A stretch of DNA of 64,000 bases, taken from Spirochaetia bacterium. GTDB lineage: Bacteria; Spirochaetota; Spirochaetia; SZUA-6; Bin103. Below are positions 58,883-64,000 of the stretch, in pieces. Each line of letters opens with the position of its first letter. The stretch's first letter is position 1. The position numbers and the translations under genes are program-made. The notes beneath the pieces are model-generated. The model ran no database searches. It saw only the letters and a list, made by a program, of their open reading frames with translations, and was not told the DNA's origin. The DNA is taken from the NCBI GenBank assembly GCA_965198005.1, contig CBDAOI010000003.1, positions 832,001 through 896,000 of the forward strand. Direction: 5' to 3'.

Positions 58883-59292
58883 TTGCCATCTCTCAAGTTT
58901 GAGTATACGCCCCTCGACCTAGTAGGTACAGTCAACGCCTTGACGGGCGAATGAGTCCGGTCGGTCAGTCTTTTCTCAGCGAACGGCCGGGCTCACTGGT
59001 GCAGGGGCGGACATCAGGGTAGGCCAGCGCGGTCGTGCTCGGCGACGCGGAGGCCGCACGAGGTGAGCCATGACGGGTCAGGAGCCGCCACAGCCGCCAA
59101 ACTCAATAACGTGCTGAATGGCGCTTGACTGCCCTGTCGCGCGTGTGCAAGGGTATCGGAGTTGGGACTCGAACGGATGTCGATGATGAGTGACTACGCG
59201 ATCCAGCCCTGCCGCGGGTTGACGCCACTGGCGTCCCACAGCCGCCCGCCCGGAGTGGCCGCCCTGGCCCATCCCGTCCGTTCGCCTCTGTA

Positions 59293-59310
59293 CCCCCCCC
59301 CCCCCCCCCC
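59293..59310. repeat. Poly-C tract (18 C)
   Basis: Directly abuts the 5'-truncated IS4-like transposase. Confidence 0.9.
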
Positions 59311-60366
59311 ACGCTGAAGGGGTTGCGCAAGTACAAATCGGTGGACAACCTGCTGCGCACGCTCTTGATCCATCTGGGCTGCGGGCACTCGTTGCGTGAG
59401 ACCGTGGTGCGGGCGCGGCAGGCGAATCTCGCCGATCTGTCCGATGTAGCTCTGCTGAAGCGCCTGCGGAAATCAAAGGACTGGTTGTACGCCCTGTGCG
59501 TTCAGCTGTTTCAGGAACACGGCATCGCGGTGGCGACCGACGGCGGCTTTCAAATCAGGGCGTTTGACGCCACCACCGTGAAGGAGCCGGGCAAGACCGG
59601 AGCGCTGTGGCGCATCCACTGGAGCGTATGCCTGCCGTCGCTGGCGTGCGACTTCTTCAGGCTCACGCCAACCGAGGGGCCGGGCACCGGCGAATCGTTG
59701 GTTCAGTTCCCGATTCGCGCCGGCGATCATGTAGTGGCCGATCGCGGTTACTCGACAGCCCGCGGTATCGGTTATGTGGCGGCCGCCGGCGGTCAGCTCA
59801 TCGTACGCGTCAATACCGGTGCGCTGGGGCTGCGCACAACCCAGGGTGAGCGGTTCGACCTGCTCGCCGCGGTCAGTTCGCTGAAGCGTGCCGGCGCCAC
59901 CAAGTCGTGGACAACGCAGGTGGTGATCAAGGATGACAGAGCACAACCGGCCAGAACCGTACCCGGTCGAGTGTGCGCGCTGCGCAAGTCGGCAGCAGCG
60001 ATCAAGCTGGCGCACCGCAAAGTCCGCCAGGAAGCAGCACGCAGGGGTAAGCGGACGCAAGCGGACACGCTGAGGTTTGCCGAATACGTGATCGTGTTCA
60101 CCACCTTTCCGGCGGCGAGCTTCAGTGCCGCCGAGATTCTGGAGTGGTATCGCATTCGCTGGCAGGTGGAGTTGGTGTTCAAACGGTTCAAATCGTTGGC
60201 GCAGTTGGGCCACCTGCCGAAATACGACGACGACAGCGCCAAAGCGTGGCTGTACGGCAAGCTGCTGGTTGCGCTCCTGGTCGAGAAGCTGATCCGCCAT
60301 GCCAGCGCTAGTTCCCCCTGGGGATACGACTTGGCGCCGTCAGCGGCCACCCAGTGCGTGGCGTGA
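59311..60366 (+). mobile_element. IS4-family DDE transposase, 5'-truncated
   Basis: SDVALLKRL, FDATTV, ADRGY, WYRIRWQVELVFKRFKS (YREK-like). Confidence 0.88.
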
Positions 60367-60639
60367 CTTCAGGTTCGTGCTGGGCCAGGTCACCCGCACC
60401 ATCGAACCGGCTCTGCCACTGGCGCGCTATCTCGCGGGCGCTGGCTGAGCCGCCACGGCGCCGGCTGTCTCAGTTGTCAGCTTACTTCGATCAGCAATTC
60501 TCGGTGAACGGAAGTGAGAGGGTCGGCGTGGGGGGCAATGGCGGGCGGGACGGCACGTAAGTGGTCGTATAGGTCATGAGCATGTAATAAGTTGCCTACC
60601 GGCTGGACACTCGATCCCAGGGTTGTCATGCTGTCTCCT

Positions 60640-61973
60640 ATGGCAAGAGGTCGCCGCAGAGGTCCATTTTTACTTCGTTTTCGTGCGCTCCTGGTCTCCT
60701 TGAACCTGCACGCCGCCAAGGTCGTCGATACGCGCCAAGCCAGCAAGGTCCGGTACTCCCTGCAGGATTGCTACGTGTGTGCTTTCGCCTTGTTTACCTT
60801 CAAGACCCTTCCGTGCTGGAGTTCCAACGCCGCTTCCAGGACGAACTCCGCACCAACAACCTCAACTCTACGTTTGGCGTCGCTCGGATCCCTGCCGACT
60901 CCCAGTTCCGCGATCTGCTCGACAGCCATGACTATGAACCGCTGCTCGGCTGCTTCGGCGACTGGATAGGGCGCATGCAGGACGCCAAATGGCTGCAGCA
61001 CTACCAGTTCCTCGACGGTCGCTACCTCATCACCATGGACGGCTCCCAGTACTTCAGCTCGTACAAGGTGAACTGTGAGTGCTGTCTGACCGCCACCAAG
61101 AACGGCACCGTACGCTACCACCACGACATCCTGCAGACCGCCATCGTCCACCCCGACAAGCGGCAGGTGCTGCCGTTGGCTCCCGTGTTCATTCACAACG
61201 CCGATGACTCTGGCGCCAAGAATGCCAAACGCCGCAAGCAGGACTGTGAAATAAAAGCCGGCTACCGTGCCTTGCAGCGCATCCGTAACGACCATCCCCG
61301 GCTGGCTGCGGTGATCGTCGCCGATAGTCTGTACTCCAAGCAACCGTTCATCGAACAGGTGCGCGCCGCCCGCTGCTCGTTTCTGCTGGTGGCCAAGCCG
61401 GAGGATCACACCAGCCTGTACCAGGATATCGACGGGCTGCGCCGCGGTCGGCTGCTGGACCACCGCTGCACCATCGACGCGACCGGGGACCGGCATGAAT
61501 ACGAGTGGGTTACCGGGGTGCCGCTGAACGGCAACCCCCGCAGTCCCCAGATCAACTTCGTGCACTACCGCATCGTACGTGCCGGCACGACCACCTATCA
61601 AAACGCCTGGGTGACCGACTTGGTGCCGACCGCTGGCAGCGTAGCGCGGATCGTGCGTGCGGGACGAGCACGCTGGAAGATCGAGAACGAGGGGTTCAAT
61701 ACGCTGAAGAACCAGGGCTACCACCTGGAGCACAACTTCGGCCACGGTGACAAGTACCTGTCGGAGGCGTTCTTCCTACTCAACCTGCTGGCCTATTTCA
61801 TGCACCAGATATTCGAGCTGGTGGACGGTCTGTATCAGCAGGTGCGGGCTGGGTTCGGGTCGCGCCGGGAGTTCTGGGGCGCGGTCCGTGCCACGTTTCG
61901 GCTATTCCTGTTCCCGTCGTGGGACCAGGTGCTGGTGCGGATGAACTCGCCGCCGCAGCCGCTGTCCGGGTAG
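60640..61973 (+). mobile_element. DDE transposase (ISNCY-like) with a frameshift near 60795
   Basis: D.RQ.SKV.YSL.D then FQDPS.L.FQ in the next frame; DGSQYFSS..V.C.CC, KQDCE, ADSLYS, GRARWKIENE.FNTLKNQGYHLEHNFGHG. Confidence 0.85.
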
Positions 61974-62494
61974 CCGCTCCCTGGAGAACTGAACCTGCTC
62001 CCTGAACGATCCCTGACGAGGGCCGCGGCGCAGGTGTGCCGGCCGCGGCTGAGCACCGCCCCCGAAGGCCGATCGCCGCACCGCGCCAGCCCGCGGCATC
62101 GGCCGAGCGGCGGTGGCTGACGGTGGTCAGGTCATCGCACGGGGCTGCATGACGGTGGCTAAATACTTCACCTGCAATCAGTTACAGAATTTCTGCCGGG
62201 TCGGACCGTGGGTGCATTCACTCGGTGGGCCAACAGGTGGGCATGGTCGCGTTTCACACTCGGAGGGCTTGAGCTTATGACAGGGCTTGCGGTCTCGCCC
62301 TCAAAACTTTTCTGTAACCTTTCGGCCCCCAATGTTGCATTACTGTTTATGATGCTCCGCTGCTCCCCGAGAATTGCTGCCGGTGACGTCCGAGTCGTTG
62401 ACAGGGTGGTCGCGCCCACGCTATCATGCCTGGCTTGGGGCGACGGATGCCGATGAAGCGCTATGAAGACAGTCAGCGCGGTGACCGGTTGCCG

Positions 62495-62710
62495 GTGACG
62501 CCGCGCGATGAGCGCGTTGGGTCGCTGTTGACACGGATTCGGGCGGCGGCGTACAATCTTCGGCGAATGGGCACCGACAGCATCCAGCCCAGTCGCCGGC
62601 CAGCGGTGACGAAGCGCGATGAGCGGGTTGGGTCGCGCTTGACACGGATTTGGGCCGGCCTCTACACTCGTCCGCGAATGGGCACTGACGCCATGCAGCC
62701 CAGTCGCCGA
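62495..62710 (+). repeat. Two imperfect 111-bp tandem units, each containing a sigma70-like promoter
   Basis: TTGACA-18-TACAAT (62528-62557) and TTGACA-18-TACACT (62639-62668). Confidence 0.8.
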
Positions 62711-62736
62711 CTACCGACTACCGACTACCGACTACC
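62707..62736. repeat. Heptamer tandem repeat (ccgacta)x4
   Basis: ccgactaccgactaccgactaccgactacc. Confidence 0.9.
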
Positions 62737-63100
62737 TAACCGCGCGACAGCCAGCCGCTCGGCGCCGGTGCTGACCGCGGCACCATCAATCCGCGCGGCA
62801 CACAGCCGTGCGTGTGGCGGCGGACCGCGTCGGCCGCAACCTCCACCAGTCTACATCAACCGGCGTTGCCGGGACTTCAGAAGAGAGGGGCACATCTGCG
62901 CCCGACCGAGGGGGTGCAAAATGATACTCAAAGAGCCGCACGCGCGCGCGGCGTGAGCCGGGGTGAACCCGTTGAGTCACACGCCGCGCGCTCTTAGTGA
63001 ATTTGACTCAGACTGGCCGTCTGCGTTGCGGGCATGAGAGTAGCCAGGGAGCGGCAAGTCGCTCCGCAATACTCTCGAAAATCAAGATCCGGAGTTACGC

Positions 63101-64000
63101 ATGAACTTTGTAAAAATTAGAATGACCTTCGCGTTTGCGTTGGTCCTCGTAATGACCGCAACCGGCCTCTGGGCCGCTGGCGCAGAAGAGGAGCCGGCAG
63201 CCGCAGCTGAAAAGAAGTATGTGACCGATCCCACCACCGGCAAGGCGGTAACCGCGCCAGAGTATGGCGGGACAATAACCTATGGCGAGGTCAGTTGGGC
63301 TGAGCATAGTGATGCCTGGTACATTACTGGCTGGGCGGCACAATCCATCGCTTTGGTTAATGAGATGCTCGGCATCGGGGACTGGGGAATAGATAGGGAC
63401 GTATGGGACTGGCGGCTCTTAGCAGACACACCTCTATGGGCCTGGAAAGGGGCACTGGCGGAAAGCTGGGAAACGCCCGACGATACGACCATTATCTTCA
63501 ACATCCGCACGGGCGTTTACTGGCACGACAAGGCACCGATGAACGGTCGGGAGCTGACTGCCAAAGATGTAGAACATCACTGGCAGCGTATGTTGGGTCT
63601 GGGCAAGTTCAGTGAAGCCGGACCTAGCCCAATGGCAACTGCCATGAAGCCAGCGAATTACGAGTCGGTAACGGCCACCGACGATTGGACAGTCGTTTTC
63701 AAGCTAAAGGAGCCAAACCTTCGCGCCCTGCCAGAACTTCTCGGCTGGCACATGGCTTTTATATACCCTCCGGAGGTCATCGAGCAACACGGCGACTATA
63801 AGGATTGGCGGAACACGGTCGGCACCGGACCCTATGAGCTGACGGAGGTGGTCGAAGGCAGCTCTAGGACCTGGACCAAGAATCCCGACTACTGGGGCTT
63901 CGACGAAAAATACCCGGAGAACCGCCTGCCCTATGTTGACAAGATAATAATGTTGTTTATGCCAGAAGGGGCAACTCGTCTGGCGGCTCTGCGCGCGGGT
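63101..64000 (+). CDS. ABC substrate-binding protein, family 5 (runs off window end; not in ORF track)
   Basis: MNFVKIRMTFAFALVLVMTATGLWAAGAEEEP...DPTTGK.VTAPEYGGT, LAESWETPD, KNPDYWGFDEKYPENRLPY; paralogue of 54845..56659. Confidence 0.92.
   Translation, partial: MNFVKIRMTFAFALVLVMTATGLWAAGAEEEPAAAAEKKYVTDPTTGKAVTAPEYGGTITYGEVSWAEHSDAWYITGWAAQSIALVNEMLGIGDWGIDRDVWDWRLLADTPLWAWKGALAESWETPDDTTIIFNIRTGVYWHDKAPMNGRELTAKDVEHHWQRMLGLGKFSEAGPSPMATAMKPANYESVTATDDWTVVFKLKEPNLRALPELLGWHMAFIYPPEVIEQHGDYKDWRNTVGTGPYELTEVVEGSSRTWTKNPDYWGFDEKYPENRLPYVDKIIMLFMPEGATRLAALRAG

Noticed and set aside
59151-59174. tRNA 3'-end-like string (minus strand GTTCGAGTCCCAACTCCGATACC) as an att site
   Set aside because: The T-stem cannot pair, there is no CCA or rest of a tRNA, and no integrase is nearby; likely chance.
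62495-62710. 111-bp repeats as CRISPR or as the 176-aa ORF 62426..62956
   Set aside because: Only two units with no spacer structure; the ORF is low-complexity, and the promoter hexamers explain the conservation better.

Overview
High-GC bacterial chromosomal window, probably from a Spirochaetales/Spirochaetaceae-like organism. This is inferred from a Borrelia P13-like porin, spirochaete-type 'LWA..EEE' solute-binding-protein (SBP) leaders, and a LolD/FtsX/LolA-like/beta-barrel operon. The first ~44 kb is mostly intact operons: GldAFG-like ABC + DUF4340, Liv-type ABC, MacB/LolCDE-like export system, allantoin catabolism (puuE-alc), DrrAB-like exporter, and an F420 cluster (cofE, npdG, HxlR regulator, divergent THI5/NMT1-type ABC importer, F420-dependent LLM). 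Small accessory insertions interrupt it. The region from ~44.4 kb to the end is a mosaic of toxin-antitoxin modules, gene scraps, a group II intron remnant, two broken IS transposases and repeated family-5 SBP/permease units. No CRISPR array, rRNA, tRNA or intact reverse transcriptase was seen. The best leads, all hypotheses: (1) a possible F420/FO-deazaflavin uptake-and-salvage module; (2) a multicopy SBP family with near-identical DNA boxes alternating with AT-rich variable segments, a stray donor-like fragment, decayed permeases and a shared cryptic upstream element; (3) a SLATT-like 2-TM gene coupled to an uncalled 31-aa Pro-rich microprotein; (4) two accessory islands each bracketed by a duplicated host gene. 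Family assignments come from motif recognition only; no database searches were run.
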